From Hemiscyllium ocellatum (lineage: Eukaryota), in the NCBI RefSeq assembly GCF_020745735.1, contig NC_083427.1, positions 2,015,438 to 2,079,437 of the forward strand: a DNA stretch of 64,000 nucleotides. The letters run 5' to 3'. The notes beneath the pieces were generated by a model. The model made no database searches, was not told the origin of the DNA, and saw nothing but the letters and a program-made list of their open reading frames with translations. The position numbers and the translations under genes are program-made. Positions 49,440 to 62,639 of this stretch are shown here, piece after piece. How positions within the stretch are numbered: the stretch's first letter is position 1; each line of letters opens with the position of its first letter.

Positions 49440-51930
49440 GATTCGTGCTGGGTCAATTGCTGTTTATTAGTTGTGTTAATGCTATGAATGAGAATGTAAA
49501 AGGCATGATTAACAAGATTGCAGACAAAACTAAATAGGCTTTTGACTTTCCAAACTGGATTGGGACAGTCATCGTGTTAAGGGCATGGATACTTAGAATT
49601 TAGTTAAGTGCGTTCACGAAAATGTTCATGTTCAGAATGTGGATATACGTACTAGAGAAAATGCAAATCTTGACGAAAGACTTGGAAATAATGTAATGCA
49701 GGTGAGTGAGGTGTCAGTGGAGCAGTATTTTGGGAAGAGCGACAATCATTCGCTTATTTTTAAAATCGTGATGGAGAAGGACAGACCGGATCTAAATGTT
49801 AATGTTCTAAATTGTAGGAAGGCCAATTTTAATGGTGTTTGTAAAAAAAGAGTCAAAAGTTGATTGGTATGGATATTCGCAGATAAAGGAAAAAATTAGA
49901 AGCCTTCCAAAATGGGAGTCCAGACACAGTGTGCTCCTGTTAGTGTGAAGTTCAAGACTGATATGTGCAGGGAATACTGGAAGACGAGGGAAATTATGGT
50001 TTTGTTCGAGAAACAGAAGAATACATATTTCAGGTATGGACAACATGGATCGAGTTAATTCCTCGAAGAGTATAAAGACAATCGGAGTATACTTAAGATG
50101 GAAATCAGGAGGGGAACAAGGGGACATTAAATAGGTTTGGCAATTATGGTCATACGGAATCCACGGTTACAGGGAATCCAAAGAGATGCTACAAATGTTT
50201 AAGTACAAAAGTGTAGTAAGGGAAAGAACAGAACTCCTTAAGCATCAGCAAAGCTGCCTACTTGTGGAAAAATAGGAGATGGGGGAGGAAGTAAACTAAC
50301 ATTTTGCATTAGTGTTTACTGTGGATAAGGAAAGGGCAGAGAAAGAACTAGGGGAAATGAATAGCAACATCTTGAAAAATGTTTACATTACAGAGGAAGA
50401 GATGTTTGAAGTCTTAACAGGCACGCAAGTGGATAATTCCTCATGACCTGACACGCTCAAACACTGTCAGAATTTCGGGAAGAGATTGCTTTGTCCATTA
50501 GTGAGTTATTCATATTATGGTTAGCCACAGATGAGGTACCAAAAGGTTTCAGATAGCTAAATGTGATGCCGCTATTTAAGAAAGATGATAAGGAAAAGCC
50601 AGGAAAATACATACCAGTGAGACAGTCATAGGTTGTAGATAATCTGTTCTCGAGAATCCCGAGGGACAGGATTCAAATTTCATTTGGAAAGGTAGAGACT
50701 GACGAGGGAGGGTGAACATGACTTTTTTTGCGCGGGATATCATGTCTCATTAATTGATTAAGCTTTTTGAGGAAGTAACGAAGAAGATTGATGTGGGAAG
50801 ATAAGCAAATTTCAATAACACGTTCGACGAGGTTCCTCCTGGCAGAGTATTAGCATTATTAGATCACACGTGGTACAGGTAGAACAGCCGGTTGGATGCA
50901 GAACTATTCGAAGGTAGAAGAAACAGGGTCGTGGTGGGCGTTTGCTTTTCAGCCGAGAGACCTGTGACAAGCGGTGCACCATACGTATTGGCGCTGGATC
51001 CTAAACTTTTGGTCATTTATAAAAATAAATGTTTGTGAGTATGGGAGATGTGGATATTAAATTTGCTATTGCTATCAAAATTGGAAGTGTTGTGTTCACT
51101 GAACAAGGTTACCTTAGCGTAGAAGCGCAGTTTGGTCTGCTGGCCCAATGAACCGAGGCACGGCTGATAGAGTTTATCTTGGTTAAATGTCAAGTGCTGC
51201 ATTTTGCAAAGGCAAGTAATTAACCGCACGATTTTGGGTAGTGTTGCAAAACGAAGAGACCTTGGATTACAGTTTCACAGTTGTTTGAAAATGAATTCCA
51301 TGGTAGGATTGTGAATAAGGCCTTTGGTTTGTTTGCTTTTATTGGTTAGTGTAGTGATTTTCGAAGTTTTGATGCCATTCGGTAGCTGGGCAGGGCATTA
51401 TTGAGAGCACATATGGAATGCTGTTCGCAATTCTAGGAAAGATGGTGTGAAACTTGAAAGGGTCCAAAACTAAATCATCAGTATGTTGCCAGGGTTAGAG
51501 CGAGTGTTATCTTGGGAGAGGTTGAGGGCTACCTTCCCTGCAGCACCAGTGGCTGAGGTGTGATCTTCTAGACGTTTATTAAGCCATAATGGGAATTTTA
51601 AGGTGAGCAGACAAGGTATTGTTCCTGGATTCGGGGAGTTCGAAACTAGACCGCATCAGTTTAACCTGAAAGGTGGAAGATTTAAAAGAGACTGGAGGAG
51701 CAACATTTTCACTGAGAAGGTGTTGCATTGTTAAAATGATCTACCAGAGAAGTTGTGGAGGCTGGAACAACCACAACGTTCAAAAGCATCCAGATTGGTA
51801 TATGATTAAGAAATGGTTGAGGGACTTTGGCCATATGCTGGCAAATGGGAATAGAGTCATTCAGGATACCTAGTTAGCATGGACATTAGGACAGACAAGT
51901 CTGCTTAATACTGTATTGCTCTAGGACTCT
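49440..51930 (+). mobile_element. Decayed CR1 LINE(s) truncating the GPCR pseudogene
   Basis: EQYFGKSDNHSLIFKIVMEKDR (EN C-terminus, ORF 49639-49863), RT pieces, and a 3' tail ctctaggactctatg at about 51920. Confidence 0.85.
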
Positions 51931-51989
51931 ATGCCTCTGTCGTTTTTGAAGTAATGAGATGAAATACTCATTCAGTATCTTACCCATCT

Positions 51990-54330
51990 CCTGCAATTCC
52001 ACACCCAGACAGTCGAGATGATCTTGAAGTCGCCCTATTGTCTCGCTACATGCTCATTTCGCCTTAATACATTTGCACAGTCTTTTTGGATTCTCCTTAA
52101 GCGTATTTGTCTAAGCTATTCCATGTCCCCTTTTGTCCCCTCATTTCTCTCTTCAGTATACTCCTACCGAGCGTATACTGCTCAACGGGTTCACTCGATA
52201 TCAGATGTCAGTACCTTCCATATACCTTGTTCTTTTTCTTCATTTGAGCATCAATTTTCCAGTCATCCAGTTCTCCTTATGCGTACCAGCCTTGCCTTTC
52301 GCAGTATTAGGAACATGGATTCTCGTTACCTCGTTTTTTTTGTCATCCACTTTTCTAACACCTTTTACTGGGAATAACCTCTTCTTATCAGTTTTTGAAT
52401 ATTCTTGCCTCAAACCATTAAAATCGGCCATAATCCGGTTTCCATTGCTTTAAATCAGGTGTATGATTTTGCACCTAGATGAAACTGAGGACTGAAGATG
52501 TTGGACAGTCAGAGTCAAGACATCTGCTAATGGAAAATCGCAACTAGCCAGGCAGCATCCGGACAGGAGGATAATCGACGTTTTGGCCATTAGGCATTCT
52601 TTAGATTTGATGAAGGATATAGGTCCGAAACCTCAGATATTGTACTCTTCCAATGCTGACTGATCTGCTGCGCTTTTCCAGCACCACACCAAATAGTTTT
52701 CTACAGCTATTTAAAATCCAACAGAGTTATGATTACTAGCTCCAAAGTGCTTTCCTATTGATACCTCAATCACTTGCCCTGCCTTATTTCCTAACACTGG
52801 GTCAACTATTGTTCGTTCATTAGTAGATTATTCTATGTGCAGAATAAGAAACGTTTCTTGAATTGTCTGAGCAAATGCATCACCATTTAAGACCTACACA
52901 TAGTAGACTTCATTGTTCATGTTTGGAAAGTTAAAGTATCCCATTACAATCCTAGTATTTGTGTAGATATCTGATATCTCTTGAAAAAAAAACACTTCTC
53001 AATTTCTCGTTTCTCAATATTGGCATAAAGTACTATCATAATAAAAAGACAACCCCATTCTTATTTCTCAGTTCCACCCAAAGACATACATTGCTTGTTC
53101 GTCTGGAATGTCCTCCCCAAATACAGCTGTAATATTTTCCATAACAATAAACGCTTCTCGGCTCCTCTCTTGACCCCTAGCTGTCCTTCCCCTAGCATCC
53201 ACACAACAGAAAATTAAGCTACCAGTGCAGCCATGCACTGGTCCATGTTGGTATTCCTGTCTCAATCATGGTCTCAGTTCATCTAACCTAACTTTCAGGC
53301 CTCCTGCGTTGGAACAATTGAAGCTTAATTTATCATTCTTCGCTCGTTATCTACTTTGCTTTCGCATGATTTTAATATTATAGTTGCTCGCGTTCTCAAC
53401 TGCACCAGCCTCAGACTTATCTTTGCTCACTATCTATTTTGGTCCCATCGAATTGCCCCAGCTCCTGACTAGAATAACGCCTCGACAGTGGCACCGACAA
53501 ACCTCCTCGTCAGAATATTGTCCCTTTTCCAATACCGTCCTTTTATTAAGGCCATTCTTCCCCTAAGCAATCCTTTTGATAAAAAAACGAAACCCTGCCA
53601 TCTGCAACAACTCCACAGTCATGCATATTTCTGTTCTATTTTTCCATTCATTCTGTCACTCGCATGTGAAACCGGAAGTAATTCTGATGTTACCCCTCTT
53701 GAGAATTTACTTCTTCAACTTTTGGCGAGGTTCCTTAAATTCTTCCTCCAGAATGGCTTTCCTTTCGCTTCCATATCGTCGTTTATAGCGACCTCCTGCT
53801 GTTCCATCTCTGATGTTTTGCACCATGTCTGAAGGATTGTGAACCCTGGCTCCAAGTAGGAAATACGTATTCTGATGTCTTGCTATCGGCTGCAAAACTG
53901 TCAATTTCTGCCCCTGACTAACAAGTCTCCGGCAACAATACTTGGAAACTGGCATACCGTTCATTGCAATCGAATCAGTCTGGGTTGACTGTCAGTGCTG
54001 CGTCGTCGTGAGAGTCCATCACACCTTCCATTTTCCTAAACTGCATACTTATTAGAAATGGGGATCGCCACAGGAGGCACCTATGCTCGCTGCCTACCGC
54101 TCCAACATGTTATAGTGGTAACCCATCCACCCAACTCTCTGCATTTTTCCTGCATACTGAGACTGCCATTCATCACAACCTCAGTTTCCTGTAAATTTTT
54201 CATTGCCTCGAACTGCCACGCCAACTGATCTATGTCATCTGATAGCATTTGTAGCCAAACACACTTCCTGCAGACATAATTATCAGTGGTCAAAACCATG
54301 CGGCAATATTGTGGTAAATGCTCACTGTAA
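51990..54330 (-). mobile_element. Decayed CR1 LINE fragments (ORF1 zinc-finger/esterase, EN, tether), interrupted by a Penelope fold-back
   Basis: ORF 54081-54299 TTDNYVCRKCVWLQMLSDDIDQL (CR1 ORF1); ORF 52240-52431 tether-like. Confidence 0.7.
52505..52690. mobile_element. Penelope-derived fold-back with degenerate hammerhead
   Basis: Antisense arm ...ccaggcagcatccggacaggaggataatcgacgttttggcc is followed by the sense unit tTGATGA-A-GGAT-ATAG-GTCC-GAAA-CCTC...gcttttccagcaccacacc. Confidence 0.75.
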
Positions 54331-54929
54331 CTTGATTGATTATGTCACCTTGAAACAATCTCGGAGTACCTGTGTATGACAACTCACAAGATCTCCACTT
54401 TAAGCCAAATGCGCAGTCACTTGACAAAATCAATGAATCGATGGCTCTTGGAAAATTCTCCAAAAAAAAAAACGCACAGGGTTTGATTTTGACTTTATGT
54501 TCTCAATACTGCAAAGGATAGCATTGTTTTCAGTTACCTTTAAATATTTTATGTGTGTTGAATGTTTAACTATCATTGCTTTTCAAGTTACAAAATTCTA
54601 GGGAACGTCATTCCGAGTGATACAATGTTTCTGCATGAAGCTCCATACTATATCCAGAAATTTCAAATATCTTAAGTTAGTAATTTTGCGTGGAATTGCG
54701 CTAGGTACAACATGAACAGACGAACAAGGAGAGGAAGTTTTCCATTTCGCTCTACAGTCATGTTTTTCCCTTCAATAAGATCATGGCTGATCTGATTTTA
54801 ACCTGAAATTTGCATTTATTTGCCTTCCCCCGTTCATTTCCAGAATCTATCAAACTCTGACATGAAAAGAAGTCAAAGAACCTTGCTGCTACCAATTTTT
54901 CAAAAAGTGACTTCTCAGGATTCACAAAG

Positions 54930-55105
54930 CTCTGTGAGTGAGAGAGAGAGACAGACACAAACACACACACGCACAAACACAGGAGAGAGAGTGAGAGACA
55001 GAGAGAGGTTTGAAGAGGGAAAGAAATTTAGATATAGATAGGGAGAGAGGGAGACAGAAAAGGGAAAGAGTGAGATGGAAGAGAGAGGGAGACAAAAAGA
55101 GAAAT
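54930..55105. repeat. GA/CA-rich simple repeat
   Basis: gtgagtgagagagagagacagacacaaacacacacac...gagagagggagac. Confidence 0.85.
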
Positions 55106-55142
55106 AATCGACTTAACTCTCCATTAAATAGTTTAAAGCTGA

Positions 55143-57990
55143 TTTTTTGTAACTTTATTTATTAGCATTCTTTAAACTTTACAAACATATAAAATTATTG
55201 AAAAGATAGTCAATAACAAATATCAGCACAATAAAAAGAAAAAACACAAATTACAATACAACTACTATCTACTAGCCTACTCTATAATACAAAGCAAACC
55301 CTATCACTGTGCAAAGCAACACCAAAAAAAGAAAGAAAATGAAAAAAAAAGACAACAAAAAACCCCACAAATTACAGAACAGCTATGCTTAGCGCAAGGC
55401 TCCCAAACAAAGGAAAGGGAGCATTGCATACATAACTGTATTAACTCGTGCGACCCCCTCCAGGGCCCACGGCTTGACAAATCTAATCATCCTGGTTAAA
55501 CAAGTGCCCTAGTTAGGATAACTGATAAATCTATTTTCAAACAACTCAAGTAGGGCTGCAATGTCTTATAAAAATTGTTTGTTGTGCGGTGCACCATGTC
55601 TGTGAAAAAGTCCAAGGGAATGTGCTCCATAATTAATTTCTGCTATTCCAGCAAGCCCAGCGGGTTCTCAGACAACCAATTCATTTGAATGTTCTTCCAC
55701 GCACAGTGTGCAGGAATATTAAATAGTTTATTCTCATGCCCGTCTAAAGATGGCAAATTCGGTAGACCTAAGAGGAGAGATATCGGGTCTCCTTTGACGT
55801 CAGTCCTCAATACCCTCCCTACCTGTTCCGCCACAGTGCTTCCGTAAACACGGAGCCTGTGGCAGGTTCAAAAGCAATGGGTAAGAGTACCTACACTTAT
55901 TTTATATTTGGGGCAAACCGAAGATTCCCCGTTTTTTAAACTTTGCCAGATGGTCTGGTGCCAGATGAACCCTGTGCAGAACTTTTAACTGTACTGCGCA
56001 TGTCCTGTTACAGATTGAGATTTTGCGAGTATTCTGCCGTATGTTCTCCCATATTTCGGAAGAGATCTCCACTCCCAGCTCTTGCTCCCAGACCTCACAT
56101 AATCGGTTAATATCCTGCCAGGCCCTGTCACCCACCAGGCGATAGAGGGCACTGACCGAAAGGGTGTTTGTGGAACGGAGCAACATCCTCTCTGTATTAG
56201 GCTAATAGGGCTTAGTGAGAAGCACAGACTTCTTCTGGATGAAATCGCTAACCTGAAAAAAGCGGAAAAATTTTCGACTAGGAAACCCGTATTTGCGGCT
56301 CAGTTGCTCAAAAGACGTTATAACCTCCTCCTCAAACAAGTCTCCCAAACCAGAAACTCCACTCGCTGCCCATAGTTTGAACCCTGAGTCCATCATCCCT
56401 GGTCGGAACCCAGACATGCTAACTATAGGTGTAAGTGGTGAAGTCTTGTATAAACAACCCTCACTCTGACGCTTCGCCCTTCAAGCCCTGACTGTACTAA
56501 TGACAATGGGGTTCCGGCGGTGGTCTATAACTGTCCTCATCTTATCCATGAACAATAGGTTAATAAGAGGGTACTTTGCTTGGGAGGCCTTAATATCCAG
56601 CCATATTGAGTTTGGATCGTTTCCTACCCAATCGCAGACAAAAGACAGCAGGGAACTCAATTGATACCTCCTGATGTCTGGGAAATCAACTCCTCCCTCT
56701 CCTTGAGACAACTGCAATTTAGTAAGTTTGATGAGGGGACGCCCACGATGCCAGACAAAGGAATCAAACCACCCCATAAACGTATGCAGCGTTGACCTGA
56801 GAAACATTATAGGGAACATACGCATGGGATAAAACAAATGAAGAAGAACATTCATCCTAATGAGCAATATTCGGCCCAGCCACGAAATTGGAAGAGCCTG
56901 CTATCTCTGAAGATCTCGCCTGATATCGTCCAGCAAATGAGCAAAGTTAGTCTGAAATAACAGATCAAACTTGGGGGTAATTAAAATGTCTAGGTTCCGG
57001 AACCCTGTCCTTGACCACTTAAAAGGGAACTTAGTGCCACCTTCAACTTCTGGCACATCCTTAATGTTCCCAATGGCACAGCCTCCGATTATGTAAAGTT
57101 AATCTTAAATCCTGAAATAGCCCCAAATGAATTGATACTTGAATCAAATGGGTTGCGGACGTGAACGGGTTCGATAAAAACAGAAGGACATCATCCGTGT
57201 ACAATGTAATCTTGTGTGCCCTCAATCCCACTTCCGGAGCTGTTATGTGAACGTTCTGACAAATAGCCTCTGCCAGCGGCTCTATCACCAACGTAAACAA
57301 CAGTGGTGAGAGGGAGCAGCCTTGCTGACTACACCTACCAGATTTAAAATTCCCAGACTTGACACCATTGGTGATGACCGCAGCCAGAGGAGGGCGATAT
57401 AAAACCTCCACCCACCTAGCAAAGACTCCACCCAACCGGAACTGTTCTGAGATATGAAAAGCATACGGCCATTCCACCCGGTCAAATGCTTTCTCTGCAT
57501 CTAAGGAAATCACAAACCCCTAAATGGATCGTTGCTGATAAACGTGGACCACATTCAGCAACCTATTATTAGAGGACCTACGGTCGCTTATAAGGTCCTC
57601 TGTAATAATATGGGGCAACAGCCTTTCCAATCTTAGTGCCAGGATCTTGGACAGAATCTTGAAGTCTGAATTTAATAGAGAGATGGTCCTGGATGAGGCA
57701 CAATCCTCAGGAACATTCCCCTTCTTAAGGTTTAAGAAATATTAGCTTCTCGCAAGGATGGTGGTAAGCATTCATGCATATAGGTGTGATTGTACATTTC
57801 CAACAACGGCCCTGACAGACTCCCTATAAACACCTTATAAAACTCACCCGGAAGAGCATCAGGGCTAAGCGCTTTCCCAATCTGAAGTTACCTAGCTGCC
57901 TCTTGTATATCCTGAATTGTCAAGGAAGCATTAGGGAGAGAGGCCTGTCACAAGGTTATCCCGTGAGGTCCAATATTTGAAAAAAAGTCG
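55143..57990 (-). mobile_element. L1-clade non-LTR retrotransposon, 5'-truncated, frameshifted
   Basis: ORF 57061-57513 ISLDAEKAFDRVEWPY...QQGCSLSPLLFTLVIEPLA...LYTDDVLLFL (L1 RT); LQLSQGEGGVDFPDIRRY; GFRPGMMDSGFKLWAASGVSGLGDLFE. The minus strand has AATAAA (55154-55159) and a short poly-A (55143-55148). Confidence 0.95.
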
Positions 57991-58215
57991 CCATTTTAGC
58001 ACTCCTCTACATGGTCACCACCACCCCCGCCCCCTGCATCCAACGCTTCAGGGAAAACAGTCCCAGTCTATTCACCCTCTCCCTACAGCTCTTCAAACCG
58101 TACAGCATCGTTGTAAATCTTTTCTGAAATTTTTCAACTTTCACAACATTTTTTCCGATAGGAGGAAGGCCCGAAAGGCACACACGACCCGGCAGGAAGT
58201 AAATCGTTCGAGGAA

Positions 58216-59138
58216 TGATACGAAGTTAGGTGGACAGGCAGGTAGTACTGAGGAAGTGGGGAGGCTGCAGAAAGATATTGACATTTTGGGAGAGTGGTCC
58301 AGGAAATGGATGATGGAATTCAACGTGAGCAAATGCGAGGTCTTGCACTTTGGAAAATAGAATAAAAACATAGACTACTTTCTAAACTGTGAGAAAATTC
58401 GTAAAGTCAAAGTACAAAGGGATCTGGGAATGCTCGTTGAGGATTCTCTAAAGGTAAACATGCAGGCTGAGTCCGTGATTAAGAAAGCGAATGCAATGTT
58501 GTCACTTATCTCAAGAGGGTTGGAATATAAAAGCACCGTTGTGCTACTGAGACTTTATAAAGCTCTGGTTCGTCCCCATTTGGGGTACTGTGTCCAGTTT
58601 TGGTCCCCACACCTCAGGAAGGACATACTGGCACTGGAACGTGTCCAACGGAGATTCGCACGGATGATCCCTGGAATGTTTGGTCTAACATACGAGGAAT
58701 GGCTAAAGATTCTGGGATTGAATTCATTGGAGTTTAGAAGATTAAGGGGAGTCTTAATATAAACTTACAAGATAATACATGGCTTGGAAAGGGTGGACGC
58801 TAGGAATTTTTTTTCCATTAGGCGAGGAGACGAGGACTCGTGGACACGGCCTTAGAATTAGAGCGGGTCAATTAAGAACAGAAATGCAGAGACATTTCTT
58901 CAGCCAGAGCCTGGTGGGCCTGTGGAATTCATTGCCGCAGAGTACAGTGGAGGCCGGGACGGTAAATGTCTTCAAGGCAGAGATTCATAGATTCTTAATG
59001 TCTTTCGGAATTAATGGCTATGGGGAGAATGCGGGTAAATGGAGTTGAAATACCCATCAGCCATGATTGAATGGCGGAGTGAACTCGATGGGTCGAATGG
59101 CCTCACTTCCTAGGTCTTATGGTCTTTTGGTCTTATGG
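58216..59138 (+). mobile_element. 5'-truncated CR1 inserted into GPCR duplicate copy 2
   Basis: DTKLGGQAGS...KWMMEFNVSKCEVLHFG; LYKALVRPHLGYCVQFWSP; tail ggtcttatggtcttttggtcttatgg. It is absent from copy 1 at the homologous site, and the flanks ggaatga / gaaatga resemble a TSD. Confidence 0.93.
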
Positions 59139-59930
59139 AAATGAAGCACTTGACAATTCTATTGACAGAAGCTTCGAAATCTTTGACAGAACTCAAAGTA
59201 TCTTCCTTCCTTCTTTCCTTATTGTTCTGGATCGTCTGGTTATGGCTATGAACTCATTTGTACTGTGGCATTTAAAAAAAATGACGAAAAAGCCGCTTTC
59301 AATTGCTGCCCCCTTCTTGTTTTAAGTATCGCTAACGTTTTGGGTATTCAGGATTCTAGAGAATACTTCACTTGATTTATCGAACAATGGGAGATGTGGA
59401 ACCTCTGTTTAATGCTTTACTCTCTGAAGTTTCATCGCTAATTTGTTAACTCGACATTTATGATCTGCATTATCATCGACCAATATACTGCTGGTATCCA
59501 TCCAGTAAGGATTTGATACTATAGAAAGCATTGATACGATGTCACCCTATCTAAGGTAAAGATTTTGGCAGTGTTAACTGTAAATCTGGTTGCATTTGAT
59601 GAATTAAAAACAGACATAGCTAGTGGCAATTCAAACAGCGATAAGCGGCTAGTGTTTCAACAATAAGATCTCTTGAAGTTGTTTTGTGAAATTATATTTT
59701 TCGACATCCTTATCCTGATCCATTTTATTTTGGGAGAGCAATCAAATTTCATAGCATTGTGCAAACGAAAAAATGGAAGTGGATATCACCACGAGAATAG
59801 ATCATTTCTCTAAAGGTAGACTTCTGGGATATAATAAGTAACAAACCAAAAGAGAAAGGCCAAGTTTCCACAAATGGTGTTTATCATATTCCTCTTGATC
59901 AGCTCGATGGATACCTTTCCAGCTCCAATT
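59139..59930 (+). pseudogene. Rhodopsin-like (class A) GPCR pseudogene, copy 2
   Basis: ORF 59119-59325 QSIFLPSFLIVLDRLVMAMNSFVLWHLKK (TM1); MICIIIDQYTAGIHPVRI* (TM3, DQY at 59478-59486). Colinear with 48600-49400. Confidence 0.85.
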
Positions 59931-59989
59931 CTAAATCGGTGTTTTTACTGTCATGGCCTGTGATTAGTAGAATGTCTCAGGGGTTTGTG

Positions 59990-60330
59990 CTTGGTCAATT
60001 GCTGTTGATTGTTTATGTTAATACTATGGATGAGAATGTACAAGGCATGATTCGCAAGATTTCAGACAAAAATACATAAGAAATATCGTGGACCGTAAGA
60101 AAGGTTATCGGAAATTGCAGTAAGACTTTCATCAGCTGGGGAAGTAGTCTGAGGAATGGCATATGGAGTTGAATGCAGATAAGTTTGTGGTCTTGCATTT
60201 TTAAAAGGCAAATGAAGGCAGGAGTTTCATAGTGCATTTTAGGGACAGAAACAGAGTAGAGGAACAGAGGGTTCTTGAAGTTCATGTGCACGGCTCTCTG
60301 AAAGTGGCGTCACAGGTAGACTCAGCAGAG
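59990..60330 (+). mobile_element. CR1 RT fragment (its start is shared with the copy-1 flank at 49440)
   Basis: cagggg tttgtgcttggtcaattgctgttg is a degenerate QGSVLGPLLF. Confidence 0.7.
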
Positions 60331-60339
60331 AACAAAGAA

Positions 60340-61090
60340 CAAAGATCAAAGACCAAAGAACAAAGAAGATTTACAGCCTAAGATCATGCCTTTCGGCTCT
60401 CCGAGCCTGTAACAATCCAAATGCACCATTTAAACCTATTGCTCAATTCCTAAGGATCTGTATCCCTCTGTTCCCACCGACACACTTTAAATGAATCTAG
60501 CTTGCCTGCCTGTACTACCTTTGCTGGTACCGCGTTCTAGACTTCTACCACCGTCTGTGTCAAGTTCTTTCCGCGTATATACTCCTCTCACCTTGAACAC
60601 CTGACATCTCTTTATTGAATCCCTCACCCTGCGAAAAATTTTCTCTTTACTCACCATGTCTATACCCTTTATGATTTTGTAGACCTGAATTAGGTCCGCC
60701 CTCGATGTGCGTTTCTTGAATGAAAACAACCCTGACCTACTCAACCTCTCTTTGTAGCTAGCACATTCCATACCAGGCAAATCCTCGGAAACCTTCTCTG
60801 CACCCTCTCCAAAGCGACGACATCATTTTCGTAATGTGGCGGCCAGAACTGTGCACAACTGCGGCCGTGCCAAATTCATATACAACATTAACATGACCTA
60901 CCATCTCTTATACTCAATACCACGTCCGTTGAAGGCAAGCATAGCTTATGCGCTCTTGACTACTCTATCCACCTGCGCATTCATCTTCAGGTACAATGGA
61001 CCCGAAATCCCAGATCTATCTGCTCAGCAACCTTTCCTAAGACTCTTCTATTTACGGTATAGTTCTTATGTATGAATGAAAAGGCCTTGG
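60340..61090 (-). mobile_element. CR1 LINE 3' fragment
   Basis: ORF 60487-60780 MPGMECASYKERLSRSGLFSF..DLIQVYKIIKG; antisense tail (aaagaac)n at 60331-60366. Confidence 0.9.
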
Positions 61091-62625
61091 TATTCTCCTT
61101 AATTCTGCCAGCTTAACGTATTTCATGACCACTTATAGCCCGCTTGAATCCTTGTGTAAGATTGGGCCTCCACTCCCGATATTCGTCCAAGGTCCGTTCT
61201 GTTCTTAACTGCCTGGACCTTATTAACTCTTTCCTTTTCCGCTTGGCCAGTCGCACAATTTCTCCTGTTATCCACGGTTCACGAATCTTGCCTTTCCTAT
61301 CCATTGTTTTCAAAGGGACATGGCAATCCTGCACGATATTCAGCCTCTCTTTGCAAGCCTCCCACAAATCAAATGTGGACATCTCTTAAAATAGCTGTCC
61401 CAAATCCACATTTCCCAGCATCTGCCGAATATTGATTTAATTAGCCTTGACCCAGTTTACTACTCTTCCCTTAGGACCACTCTCATTTTTATTTACGAGT
61501 ATTCAAAACTTACAGAAGTGTGGTCAGCGTTCCCAAGGAAAACCCTGACTGCAAATTCTACCACGGGGCCTGGCGCATTCCCTAGCACCAGGTCCAAAAA
61601 GGCCCCTTCCCTGTTTGGCCTACTGACATAGTGCTCTCGAAATCTTTCTTGGATGGTTCCTAGAAATTCTGCCCCATTCAGGCCTCTGGCACTAAGTTGT
61701 GAATATTTAACTATCCCATCACCACCACTCTGTTATATCTATATCGTTCCATAATCTGTTTACTTATTTGTTCTTCTACCTCACGCTCGCAGTTGGCAGG
61801 CCTGCATTACAGAACAACAGTGTAATTGCATGCTTCTTATTTCTCAGATCGAGCCATAATGTTTCACGCCTCAACCTCTCCATAGTGTCCTCCTTTAGCA
61901 CAGCATCCCTGACCAGCAATGCAGCTTCTCTTCCCCACTCTTTTACTTCGCTCCCTGTCTGTCTGAAACATCTTCATCCTGTATCATTTAGTTGTCAATC
62001 ATTGAACCAAGTCTCTGTGATCAAAATAACGTCACACTCCCAGGCACCAATCCAAGCCATAATTTCTTCTGTCATACCAACTATATTCCTTGCATTAAAG
62101 CATATGCACTTCAACTACCACTTCCTTTGATTTCATAAGCACTCTGACTACCTTCCCCTTGGGAATGCCAACTTCATGATCTTTACAGTGTCTAGTTTCA
62201 GCGTCATTGTCCACTAAACTTCTCTTCTGGTTCTAGGCCGCAAACCAAGTGTTTTAACCCCTCCAAACGGCAGTAGCAAGAACTCCCCCAAGAAATTTAA
62301 TTCCAGTCTGGTTCAGGTGGTAGACCATCCAATTTTTAATACTTGCATCTTCCTCTGAACCGGTCCTAATATCCCATACATTTGAACCACTTCCTCCTGT
62401 ACCATTCAACAGTCCACGCGTTCACCCTGCCTATTTTTTTCATTTCTATCCTGGTTATCACGTGGCACTGGTAGCAATCTTGAGATCAGTACCTTTGAAG
62501 TCCTCCTCTTTATCTTGCCTCCTAGCTGCCTGAATTCTGCTTTCAGGACCTTATCTCTTTTTTTAAAAAGCTTATATCATTGCTGCCTATATGCACCTCA
62601 ACATTACTGAGGCCATGTCCGTTCA
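61091..62625 (-). mobile_element. Decayed CR1 (ORF1 esterase end, EN, tether)
   Basis: ORF 61113-61382 VPLKTMDRKGKIREPWITGEIVRLAKRK; ORF1-like VHIGSNDI near 62590. Confidence 0.8.
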
Positions 62626-62639
62626 CTCTTCCTTTTCAG

